Source of the DNA: Minutocellus sp. GHC0000111
Lineage: Eukaryota
Assembly: GCA_977018835.1 (NCBI GenBank)
Contig: OZ361258.1
Span: 3,038,001 to 3,102,000 of the forward strand
Reading direction: 5' to 3'
DNA: 64,000 nucleotides
The notes beneath the pieces are model-generated. The model had not been told where the DNA came from. It did not search any database and saw only the letters and a list, made by a program, of their open reading frames with translations. Shown in pieces: positions 10,912 through 21,200 of the stretch. The first letter of the stretch is position 1. Each line of letters opens with the position of its first letter. The position numbers were made by a program, and so were the translations under genes.

Positions 10912-11434
10912 TGCAATTGGCTGTTTGGTTGGTTATTTATTTACTTGGGCAAGTTGATGAACAAGAGTGGACCTGAAAGCTCGACGGGAAAGGACTGGAC
11001 TGAACAGCCACAGCAATGACGACGAGCGAGCGAGCGGGATGCCAGGCAAGACACTGTTCCGACACAAGATGTGCTGCAAATTTGGTATGGCAAGATACCG
11101 GCACAAAAATCACCAGTAAGCTTGCGCAGGGATACCTGGAGACTATCCGAGACTGAAATCTTGGATGTGGTAAGGCAGGAGGGGACAAGCAACGGAGCGA
11201 GAGCGGTAACGTGCCGAGCCGACGGGGCCGATACACGCTTTGTTCGCTCGCGCTTCGCCGAAAAATGGTCGAGGTGGCGATCAAGAATATAGGGGCAAAT
11301 TAATTATGGGTGCCTCCCTTGCCCCATTGAAAGGAACACAAAGTCAAGGCCCCAGCCAAGCCCCAAGAAGACCAGCCGTTTTGCCTTCGTGCACTCTGCA
11401 ACCATCCAACCCTCGTTTCTGACTGCTGCTAGTT

Positions 11435-12484
11435 ATGCCCTCTACCAAGCGCTCCATTGCCGAGGCCAATGGCATCGGTGCCAATGAGGACGAGCACCGG
11501 GCGGCATCGGCACGAGCAGCTCCCCGGCGGCGGCAGGTCTCAACCGACGAACGGAAACCGACCAAGCCACCTCCCGCATCCGACGGAACACCAGTCGATA
11601 CCAGCTCCCTCTTGATACTTGGTCTGGATTCTTTGTCGCATTTATTGCGGTATTTTGGTGTTGTCTCCCTTGCAAGGTTCGGGGGAGTTTGCAGGCAGTT
11701 CCGACATTTAGCCATTCCACGCTGGGAGAGGTTGGATGTCCAGATTCCGGCCAAGGGCAGGTCCAAGGCCGAATCTCCTCGGTTACGAGTCGTCCGGTAC
11801 CACATGGCTGTAGCTGCATGCAAGGAATTTGAGACAAAGATTGCCGAAGATCACAATTATCATGAAGATGCCAATTCCCGCTGCCAATTCCCCGGGAGCA
11901 AATTCATTTTAGATACCGACACGAAAAGTTTAGGAGCAGATGTCGAAGGGACGGATCAGAACCCACGTCAGAATGACGAACTTTTTTGTCGATGCGTGGA
12001 GAAGAGCAGCGGGACTCTTCTGGCGCAGGGATTTTGCACCGCCAAATCCTCTGTAGCTTATTTCAAAAACAGATATTTTTTCTTCAAAGATTTGGATCTA
12101 TCGAGCTGGCCGGCAATGAAAAATTTGGTCGAGAATTTGGAAGGTTTGACGGACTTTAGAACGGCTCTAGAAAATGTCATGGAGGACCTTTCTGTTGTCG
12201 TTGTGGCCATTTCCAAGGAAGTTTGCCCTGAAATATGTGTCGTTTCCGCAGTTAACAAGATGGAAGATAGGGATAAGTTCGGTATGCAGGGTCGCCGAAA
12301 ATATTACTCAAGAGAAATGAACACACTGTTCATTCGTTCACCTGCCGGTCCTACTACATGGAGTAGAAATCCTTATATTGTTTCTCGCTTGAAGAAAATT
12401 GTGACGAGATTCAAAGTAGGCGATCCATATGACAAGGAATGCGATGGTCAAGTATTGCTCAGAATTGAAACCTACAATAAATGA
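11435..12484 (+). CDS. F-box-like domain protein
   Basis: 349-aa ORF with SLLILGLDSLSHLLRYF...LARFGGVCRQFRHLA...W, an F-box-like segment. Confidence 0.6.
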   Translation: MPSTKRSIAEANGIGANEDEHRAASARAAPRRRQVSTDERKPTKPPPASDGTPVDTSSLLILGLDSLSHLLRYFGVVSLARFGGVCRQFRHLAIPRWERLDVQIPAKGRSKAESPRLRVVRYHMAVAACKEFETKIAEDHNYHEDANSRCQFPGSKFILDTDTKSLGADVEGTDQNPRQNDELFCRCVEKSSGTLLAQGFCTAKSSVAYFKNRYFFFKDLDLSSWPAMKNLVENLEGLTDFRTALENVMEDLSVVVVAISKEVCPEICVVSAVNKMEDRDKFGMQGRRKYYSREMNTLFIRSPAGPTTWSRNPYIVSRLKKIVTRFKVGDPYDKECDGQVLLRIETYNK

Positions 12485-12522
12485 ATAATCTTCTTTTTGT
12501 ATTTAAAATCTGCATCTGTCCC

Positions 12523-14016
12523 TCATCCGGAAGAGTATCGTCCATTGTCCAACTGGCCGTTCTCCAGAAGAGAAGTCTCCTCAGTGACTGCATTCTGATC
12601 TTGGCTTGGGGCGACCTTTTTAATCGGCGACAACGACTCTCTCTGTTCTCTTGCCTTTTTTCTGCGTCGATAACTTTCCTGAATCTTTTGAGCTGCCCAA
12701 TGGGTCAGCGTGGCGCTTGCCAAATTGCGATCGGTCTGATCCTCTTCGTCGATAATTGTAGTCTGCAGTATGTTTTCCAACACATCTTCCAGAGTAATTA
12801 GACCCATGAATCCAGCTTCCCCAGGGATCGGCTTTCCAATAGCCAGTGCCTTTCTTGCTAGATCTGGTCGAGCACATACAAACGCCATCATGCTACCCCC
12901 ATATTGGCCGCCCTGCAATAGCTTGAGTAGTTCGACCAAATTCATCCTCGGTGACACGCAGGGTGGGATTTGTAGCGGCAGAGAATTGACCTCGCGCTCG
13001 TGATCCCAGTCAATAACGATGAGAGCTCGGCTGAGCAATATCCCAATCATACCGCTCTTTGATTCTGGATAGTCTGGATCCGTTGCATACACAGGCACAC
13101 GGCTGTATCCCTGCCCATAAATCTTGGTAATACTGGCCTTGTTCAGTACCATATCCGATGGAATCGAATATATATTGTGCAGTGAGGTGTAAACGTCCAT
13201 TGCAACCTTTGTCTTCATGGATAGCGCACCTTCCACGACCTTTACTTCTGTTGTATCGAGTGGTGGCGGCTCCATCTTCTCCGTCATGTCGGTATCATCA
13301 GCAAACGAATTTGATCTCGATCGCTGTTTTTCTTGAACGGCCTCCATAATCTCCTTCTTGAAGGCTCTCCAAGATCTGGAATCCGAGTTAATGTTTCTCT
13401 TTGGTATGCCCAAATGTCTGTTCTCTCGGGCCTTCTTGGCCTCTCTTTCTTCGTGCTGTATCTTGATGAGTGCCGATAGTTCCCCTCTGTGATACAAGTC
13501 ATCTTCTTCGTCGTGCGGTACCAGATAATCCAACAATTTGACAATTGGAGTGGCGATGGGCCAAAGAAGAAACAAACTTGCTCTGATGAGGGGCACCAAA
13601 TGAGAAGCCAAGCGTAGCTGGTCGGGACCCGTGAAAATAGCGCTTGGAATGACTTCTCCGAAGATCAGCAAAAAGGTAACGGAAAGTAGAATCGCCGCCC
13701 AGCTGGGGACAAGGTTATCGAGGAACAATGGCAGGGCCTCGTAGGCTATTGCATTAAGGAGTAGAAGCGTCACCAGAAGACGATGATGCTGCCGTACAAT
13801 CGGCAGCAATGCGGCCGCATATACTCGTTCGTTGAGATCGATGGCGGCACGAGTCTTGATTTGCAAGTCCAGCTCGTCGAGCGTTAGAAATCCCAGGAAC
13901 ATGCATGATATCAGCGCTACAAAGGCAACGCATAGCGTGGCGCCGGTGGCGTTGATGATCACGTACCAGTCTGACTCGGCGTCGTGACCAAAATGTGCAT
14001 CGGACTCTTCTGCCAT
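12523..14016 (-). CDS. CNNM/DUF21 + CBS-pair metal transporter (Mam3-like)
   Basis: HHRLLVTLLLLN, EALPLFLD, LIFGEVIP, GALSM, GYSRVPVY, GLITLEDVLE motifs. Confidence 0.92.
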   Translation of the reverse strand: MAEESDAHFGHDAESDWYVIINATGATLCVAFVALISCMFLGFLTLDELDLQIKTRAAIDLNERVYAAALLPIVRQHHRLLVTLLLLNAIAYEALPLFLDNLVPSWAAILLSVTFLLIFGEVIPSAIFTGPDQLRLASHLVPLIRASLFLLWPIATPIVKLLDYLVPHDEEDDLYHRGELSALIKIQHEEREAKKARENRHLGIPKRNINSDSRSWRAFKKEIMEAVQEKQRSRSNSFADDTDMTEKMEPPPLDTTEVKVVEGALSMKTKVAMDVYTSLHNIYSIPSDMVLNKASITKIYGQGYSRVPVYATDPDYPESKSGMIGILLSRALIVIDWDHEREVNSLPLQIPPCVSPRMNLVELLKLLQGGQYGGSMMAFVCARPDLARKALAIGKPIPGEAGFMGLITLEDVLENILQTTIIDEEDQTDRNLASATLTHWAAQKIQESYRRRKKAREQRESLSPIKKVAPSQDQNAVTEETSLLENGQLDNGRYSSG

Positions 14017-14274
14017 TGGTTGATGTTTGGTGGTAGAATGGATAATAATGATTCAGTGGCGGACAACATGGCAGTGCCAGTGGTGCATCCCGCCATGCGG
14101 TCCTCATGGTTGCGGCCGGCCGATCCTGATTCGATTGCGAACGTGTGCGAGGGTGCGACAAGGCCGGCGCGATCAAAAAGCCCTCGGTCGAACGTCTCTG
14201 CCTTCATGTACCCCGTCAACGAGCACTACGTTGAATTCATCAAGGCCACGCAGTTCTTCTGCACGGCGGGCGAC

Positions 14275-14380
14275 ATCCTCGATCCCCCGGCTGGCAGCAT
14301 GAGCTCGACCTATGTGGAGTGCTACGGATCCTCGATCCCCCGGCTGGCAGCATGATCTCGACCTATGCGGAGTGCTACGG
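14275..14380. repeat. 2 x 53 bp tandem duplication (2 mismatches) inside a short coding-like fragment
   Basis: 14275-14327 versus 14328-14380. Confidence 0.9.
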
Positions 14381-14756
14381 ATTCCTTGCAACTCTGTTCG
14401 ACATTATTGGAACGCCTTTCGTGATTCCAGCACCGAGTTTACGGACGAGTTTGGCCCGCCGAGCATTATTGTCAAAGCGGCGGAAAAGGCATTTGAACTC
14501 GGCTACTGCGTTGACAGTAGCACGGGGCCTACGACTAGCGGAGGTACCACTGTTGGGATATCATCTGCCTGCAATAGTTTTCGTTGCATCATGCTTGAAG
14601 TTTTTTGCATATTGGTAGCAACAAAGGTGGGCACATACACGCGGCGATGAGATGGTGAACATCAAGATAGTACACTAATTTTAGAAGATTTTAAAGAAAG
14701 AAAGTCCGCAATGCATGCCAAATAATATCACAATAAGGAATGTAGATTCCATCTGT

Positions 14757-16116
14757 TTAATTGTCAAAGTCTGTTGGTAATTTTGACGAAAGCTGTTGTC
14801 CAAATATCATGGTAGGTCGGCGCGTTTCGGAACCTTCCATGCACTCCCATGTAATTTCTGAACCGTCACGAAGAGTTACGGGATCGTCATCTTCGTTCAA
14901 ATCAAACGTTCCTGTGTACAGAATGAAATTGTCGTCCATGATTTTCTGCAAGTCCGCAGAAGTGAGAATGCAGCTGGCACCTTTCGGTGGTTCCGCTATC
15001 ATCCAATAAAGACAGTCTGGGAGCCATTCACATATTATGCTATACATGAATGGCGGGTCGTTACCATCTTGAGGCACGCGTTTGTCGAATCGCTTTTTGT
15101 AGCCCTGCCCTTGATCTGTATCTGCAACAGGCTCAAATGAATCATTGATTGGAACCTCCTCATAAACACCATTCACCTCTGGGTCTCCTGCACCATATAT
15201 GCCTATAACATTACCCTTCAACTGCTTCTGGAGAGTTTGAAGTATGACTGGCTGGTCCACGAGTTCAGATTCACTGACAGGACCAAGAAGATCAGTAGGT
15301 GATATCATGCGAAGTTCAAGCTTGGCGCAGCACTTCTTTGCGAATTCGCGTCGGTCCTCGGGTGATAGTTCTTCTTCATAAGTTCCCCTGTCAACCCAAA
15401 TTCTAATCGCCCGAAACAAAATCCAAGCACAGGCACAAAGTTCGTTATCGCCGACGATCTTAAACAAATTATCTGAACTTAGAAAGGTAACACCAGCTGG
15501 CTGGGACCCTCCTTGAACCAGAAGAAAATCAGGATTCCGCCGGATTGTTAGGAGTACGGTCCCATAATATTTCTTCAAAGATGGCGATGTGGAGGCCTCC
15601 TGGAGTAGTACACAAGTATTCAGCCCCTTAAGAGATTTGTTCGCCCTGGTAAATTCCTTGATTCTTTGATTGGTTTTGTCCTTCAATGAGTCGAGGCCAT
15701 AATAATCCGCCGAGCTGACAAGCTTCGCCGACAAACGAAGAGACTCCGCTGGATCGTCATCACCCCCCAGCTCCGGCAACTTTGGGACCTCGTCAGTGCA
15801 GCAAAAGTGCACCAAGGCCTTGATAACCGCCGATGGATAGTCCATCCGAACCTCCTCCTCACTGGCCTCCTTGAAACGGCCGACGAGCAAATTATTTCAG
15901 CACATCGGAACGGGCGGATAGATATGCCCTCACCGCAGGCACCCGACTACCATCGGAGCCGACCAGCGTAACATCGCACAAGTCAGGGTCGTCCAAGGAA
16001 GAGAGCAAATCGTTCGAGAGTTTCTTGCCTCGGGGACTCGGTTCGGTTCCATCGGCCTTTCGCTTCTTCGCCGCGCTATCGGAGTTGTTGTTGTTGTTAT
16101 TGTTGTTATCCGACAT
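14757..16116 (-). CDS. BTB/POZ (BACK-like) domain protein interrupted by a 1-nt insertion at ~15894 (pseudogene or sequence error)
   Basis: CDVTLVGSDGSRVPAVRAYLSARSDVLK | LLVGRFKEASEEEV...ALVHFCCTD...ADYYGL is one BTB domain. Removing one base from CTG AAA T AAT TTG restores L-K-N-L. Confidence 0.8.
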
Positions 16117-16680
16117 TATTTTAGAATTTGCTTTTTGCTTCACTCATGAAAAAGATTCGGAAAAGGGCGGATATATCATATAAATCCATGTGCGGTGCAC
16201 CAGCAGTAAATGAATCTAATTGGCTGCAACAAAACGGCCGAGGCGACTGTACTCGGCTCGCGACGGAACTTCGGCGCTACCTGACCTTCTTGGCTTCGCT
16301 TCAGAAGCTTGGCGGTTGCGGGAAGCGAGCCGGCCTCGCCAACGCTGGCAGGTTGGCGCGCGACCGACCACGTTCGGCCCTCCGCTGTTCCGCTCTGCAC
16401 TTGCTTCCCTCCGTCGATCCTGCCTGCCGCCCCCTCATTCGCATGCTTGCTTGAAGATACTACGTAGCAGTTAATCGCGGCATTCCATATACCACCAGCC
16501 TGCTGTACTCTTTGTTTTACACATCTTGTGCCGTCTGACCAGCCAAGAAAATTGCGCGAGCACCAACCGACAACGAAGAACCTCGACTGGCTTCAGGTTG
16601 CGGTTCCGTCACTTCTCATCAAAGCCGCCTTGAGTTGTACAAAAGGAGCACAAGCTGCAAGTTTCCAATACAACTGAACC

Positions 16681-18171
16681 ATGTGGCGCGACTTGTATTC
16701 AGAAGTATCCCAACCAGTCCCCGATTTGGAAAAGATTCGCACTCTGGTCAACACGGCGAGCGGTAGTTCGTCGTCGACGGACCATCTCGCCGGCACCAAC
16801 CCCACCGATGGAAGGACGACCTACATGGAGGCAGCGAGGGGCGGCACCGACGTCCATTTGGACTGCCTCAAAATTATCATGACAAAGCATATGGACAAGT
16901 GTGGGTTGTACTATCACGAACAGCTGCCACAACCTCTCAAGAGACGCGATAAGTGCGGCTGGAGTCTCTTTATGCATGCCGCTCATGGAGGACATCTCCA
17001 GACGCTCGAGTATGTGTTTGAGCTGCATCAGGAGCTCAAATTGAGTGTTGACAAGGCAGCTTTGGACCACCAGTATGTGTCTAATGAGGCCATTGTGCAG
17101 TTTATCGTGGACAGTGTCTTCAATGGAAGAATCGAATCTTTCCTCCATAACGCACCGTCCAGAACTGTCCGCTCTCCCGATGCTGGCATTGGAGCTGTTG
17201 GAGATTCTGTGGCGAGGGCAATGTATCGACGGCAGTTGGAGGAAACTGCCGCCGTGGCTGCAAGCCATGCCATTGCTGCGAATAGGTTGGTCGCGGGCGC
17301 TGCTGCTGATAACGCACCGTCCTCTTCATCCGGCAACACGATGGTGGCCCATTTCAATCCACAGAATCAGCACGGAGCGAGCGGTGGAGTCAACCAGCCC
17401 AATGCCTTCGACAACGAGGGTAGAGACGGAGATACTTCTGCTGATAGGAATCCTGCAGCTGCTGACGAAGATGATCGTAAGCCCCCCGCGATAGCAGAAG
17501 GCGCTGTGCCAAATGCGGCTGGTTCTAATAACAACAACCAGCAATTATCTCAGGGAACTCAAGCATCGAACGAGATAAGCGATGATGATGCGGTGTATGA
17601 TTATTCTACTGACACCGAGAGAGCTGCCGAAAAGCTTGTTGCTAGCAGCAAGAGCACATCAGTGGATGATTTTTTGCCGAGAACAAACGGGACCGCCGGT
17701 AGTGCTGACGGTAGTAGTCGCAAGAAGAAACGATCACCCTCCTCTTCCCAATCAATGCACCAAAAGCGCCGCCCGTACAAGCTTCCGACCGCCCGTTCTG
17801 CACCACAGCCTCCCTCTCCCGCTCGCCAGGATCAACATAATCAACGGGCTCATCAAGACCAAACGGATATAGAAGTGGAACTCGAGAAGCAGAAGGAAAT
17901 TGCCAAGACCTTTGAGGAGCAGGCCAAGCAAGCCATCGCTCAGCTGAGCGCTCTTCAAGAGGAAAAGGAGAGGCAAGATAAGGAGATCGAAGATTTGCGG
18001 AAGGCACTCGCAACAAAGAATAAAAAGCTGAAGAATATCAAGGGCAATCTAGGCTGTGTTTCGCACACGCTGGAAGGGGTGTTGAAGGAGTCTGTACCGA
18101 ATGCGAGTGATTTAGAATGCATCAAGGGAGCAATTGGCTGCGCCTCCCGTATGCTTGACGACGTGGAGTAG
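16681..18171 (+). CDS. Ankyrin-repeat protein with disordered middle and C-terminal coiled coil
   Basis: DGRTTYMEAARGG and DKCGWSLFMHAAHGGHLQTLEYV ankyrin repeats; heptad-rich C-terminus. Confidence 0.75.
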   Translation: MWRDLYSEVSQPVPDLEKIRTLVNTASGSSSSTDHLAGTNPTDGRTTYMEAARGGTDVHLDCLKIIMTKHMDKCGLYYHEQLPQPLKRRDKCGWSLFMHAAHGGHLQTLEYVFELHQELKLSVDKAALDHQYVSNEAIVQFIVDSVFNGRIESFLHNAPSRTVRSPDAGIGAVGDSVARAMYRRQLEETAAVAASHAIAANRLVAGAAADNAPSSSSGNTMVAHFNPQNQHGASGGVNQPNAFDNEGRDGDTSADRNPAAADEDDRKPPAIAEGAVPNAAGSNNNNQQLSQGTQASNEISDDDAVYDYSTDTERAAEKLVASSKSTSVDDFLPRTNGTAGSADGSSRKKKRSPSSSQSMHQKRRPYKLPTARSAPQPPSPARQDQHNQRAHQDQTDIEVELEKQKEIAKTFEEQAKQAIAQLSALQEEKERQDKEIEDLRKALATKNKKLKNIKGNLGCVSHTLEGVLKESVPNASDLECIKGAIGCASRMLDDVE

Positions 18172-18299
18172 GCATATTTAACGCCTTGTCATGGTATACT
18201 GAAATGAAGTACAAAGTACGTAGCTACGAGATACTGGTAGAGGCAGTGATTCAAGTTCGATATATGTTAAGTTATGTTATGCATATAAATACTAGTAAA

Positions 18300-21200
18300 T
18301 TATGAATCGCGAACATCTGCATCATCAAGCAACTCACGGATGCTGCGGATGTTGCCTCTTTTTTCGGCCCTGACATCCTCCTCACCGGGCAACAAACTTT
18401 TGATAATCTCAAGCAAGCGATCTTTGTCATCCAACTCAGAATCCTTTTCTGAAGACTCCTCCTTTGTCTTCTCTAGACGGCGGCGGTCTGCTCTTTGCTT
18501 CTGTATGTGAACCTCTTCTTGGACCTCCATTTCTGCCATATAACCTTTTGCTTGGATCCTGTACATTCTTGCCTTTACTTGCGCGATACTGCGTTGTCTC
18601 TTCACGCCGTCAATATCCTTTTCGTCTTCTTCGGAATCTGATTGAGGTTTCTTCTTGCCCTTGCTCTTTCTTTCCGTCAACGTCCCAGAGTTGTCTAAAT
18701 ATCGCCGCGGTCTCTTAGAAGGGGCGTTCCTGTCCGTTTCAACGTCGCCATTTGAGGCCCGTTTACGAGTTCTCGCCGAGCGACTGCGGTGAGTTATGGC
18801 AGGGATATCTAGCGCATTATGCGACCGTTCCCTGACCGTCTCTGCATCGGGGTCATCTGCAACAAATTCAAATTCGTCGTCGCCTCCGTTCGCATCGGCC
18901 TCAACATCACCGCCACCCGGCCGTTCCTCTTGATTTGTCGCAGAATCATCAATGTTTTTTCCTGCATCGGTACTTGATTCCCGAAAATGGGCAAGGCACA
19001 TTCCATTGCATTTTATCCCCATTCTTTCACGGCACCCATTAATTGAACATAATTGCTTTGGAGGTCGGCCTCGAGGACGCTTCCTACCATTTGTGGCAGA
19101 CTTGTTTGATGTAGATACCGTGACTTTGGTCCTTACAATGCCAGATAAAGTGTTTTTCCTGGCGGGGCGGCTTCTCAACGACTTACGAGTACGGTTGTCA
19201 AATTTTTGGATACTGGAATTGGCCGTGGGTTCATCATCTTTGTTCGATGGATGGGGCTTTCGAAGACTCCATCGGCATTTTACAGGAACTTGACCTTTGC
19301 GCTTGGGCCTTTCATATCCAGGCCGAAGTTTATGGCATGAACCGCATCCTTTCAATACTTTTCGGTTTGCATGCTGGCAATTCGGGCAGCGCCACCCTTC
19401 TTCTTCAGACGGTGATTTGGCGTTGTTTCCGGAACCCTGCTTGCCAGGCGACGAAGGTTGAGTTAGGGAGGGATGTTCCGGGGGAGGAGATGGAGCGTGA
19501 GACAAAGCAGCAGCGCCAGCCTCGATTGCTTCGGGGTTGTTGTCGGAAGACCTTTTGGAACACTTTCCCTCTTCCTCTGCAGCTATTTCCTCTGCAGCCC
19601 GAGTATCTTCAATGTCATCTTGGCCACCGGCCCAGTCAAAATCGATATCGTTCAGAAGGATTTTCATTTGAGTGGTAAGCGAGGGGTCCTCGTTCCGAAA
19701 CAGCTTTCGTTGGCACTCGGCCCACTGGAACAAGGCGTCTTCATTATCGACCAAAGCGGCTGCATCATCTCCCGACTTGCGAATGCAAACCTGTCGGTAC
19801 TTTGCGTTCCAATGCATCAGCCGATGCCACTCGGACCAATTTATACGCCCTGCATTGTCATTATCAGCCAGCGACATTACATGCATTGTCAACTTCCGGG
19901 CTCGGTCTAACATTTCCACAGAGAATACCCCGTGCGTAGACCTAGATTCGATCTGAATGTAGAACTGAAAAGAACCGAGCGCAACACTTGCAATTTCTTT
20001 CTTAACAAATGGCCCAAGACCATACGTTTGATCCGCGCGAAGGACATAGGCAGACCAGCTGCCGTCGGGCCTTTGTAAAACACAGTCCTTCGTAATGACG
20101 GGAACGTCAGTACTGGCGTCATTGTCGGCGGAAATCGGCGATGCTTTAGCTGCTTCTGCTGGCGGCGGTCTTGGTGGAGATGACTTGCTATCGGCCTTTG
20201 CCTCTTTTGTATTACCATTCGAAGTAGCCCTTTTGCTCGGATCAGTATCGCTCGTTGACTTCTTGGTGCCAGCGCTAGATGAATCTGTGGTAGCGGTATC
20301 TTTGTCAGACCATGTTGATGTCCTTTTCTTGCAGGAGTTTCCTTCGGCGTTATTCGTTGCATTCGAAGTCGCAGCTTTTCGCCGATTCTCTTCCTCTACT
20401 CGCTTTTTGGCAATTCGCTTGGCCATATCCATTTTTGCTTGGTTCTCTTCCACTCGATTCTTAGTATCATTGACAGGTGGAGCGCCCTTCTCAACTTTCT
20501 TGTGACCCAGATTGTCATCTTTTGGCGCAGCAGATTTGGAAGGAGCCTTCTTGACATTTGACGTGCTCTGGGAATCATCAGAGGCGGTGCCAACATTTGA
20601 TTTCACCGAGGAGTCCGTATCACCAGTCTTGGCGACGCGTCCCTTTAACGCCTCTTTACTCAAAAAGATCAGAGTTACCGACGAGCCAGCCTTGTTGATT
20701 TCATACAGCACATCGTTGAGAGATTTGGTTCTGACGTCTTCTCCGCTGACAGCGGCCAGGACATCACCGACCCGAATCATACCCGATTTGTGGGCAGGGC
20801 CATTGGGTTGCAATGCCTTGACGCGAGTGTACAACCCACTCCTCTTCTGCATCAAGGAAAGGCCTATGGGCTTCTCCAACTGGACAGTGAAGCAAGGAGG
20901 CCTCGGCTGACGTTGAATTCTTGGAGGTTCGGTCGGAGGCGCGGACATGGCACTTTCTTCGACCGGGGCGGTCCGCTCCATGGAAATCTCGGCCTTGGAT
21001 TGACGATCTTCACTACTGTTGCTACCGTTATCGGCATTGTCTTGGACTGGGATAGTCTTGCTGGGATCACTGCTGCCACCATTCTCCCGAGCAAGCTCGT
21101 CCAACATGTTCATACTAGCCGCAACATTCGCACGTGCTGTTGCTGCTGCAGAAGCGGGCTGAATACGATGCACCGTCTGGCCGAGGACTACTTCATCGTA

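Noticed and set aside
8529..11019. Long + strand ORFs (381, 239, 196 aa) opposite tepsin
   Set aside because: Antisense shadows of a GC-rich, Ala/Gly/Pro-rich gene; no domain signal.
8121..14380. Direct repeats as possible CRISPR arrays
   Set aside because: Only two adjacent copies each, no spacers and no cas genes.
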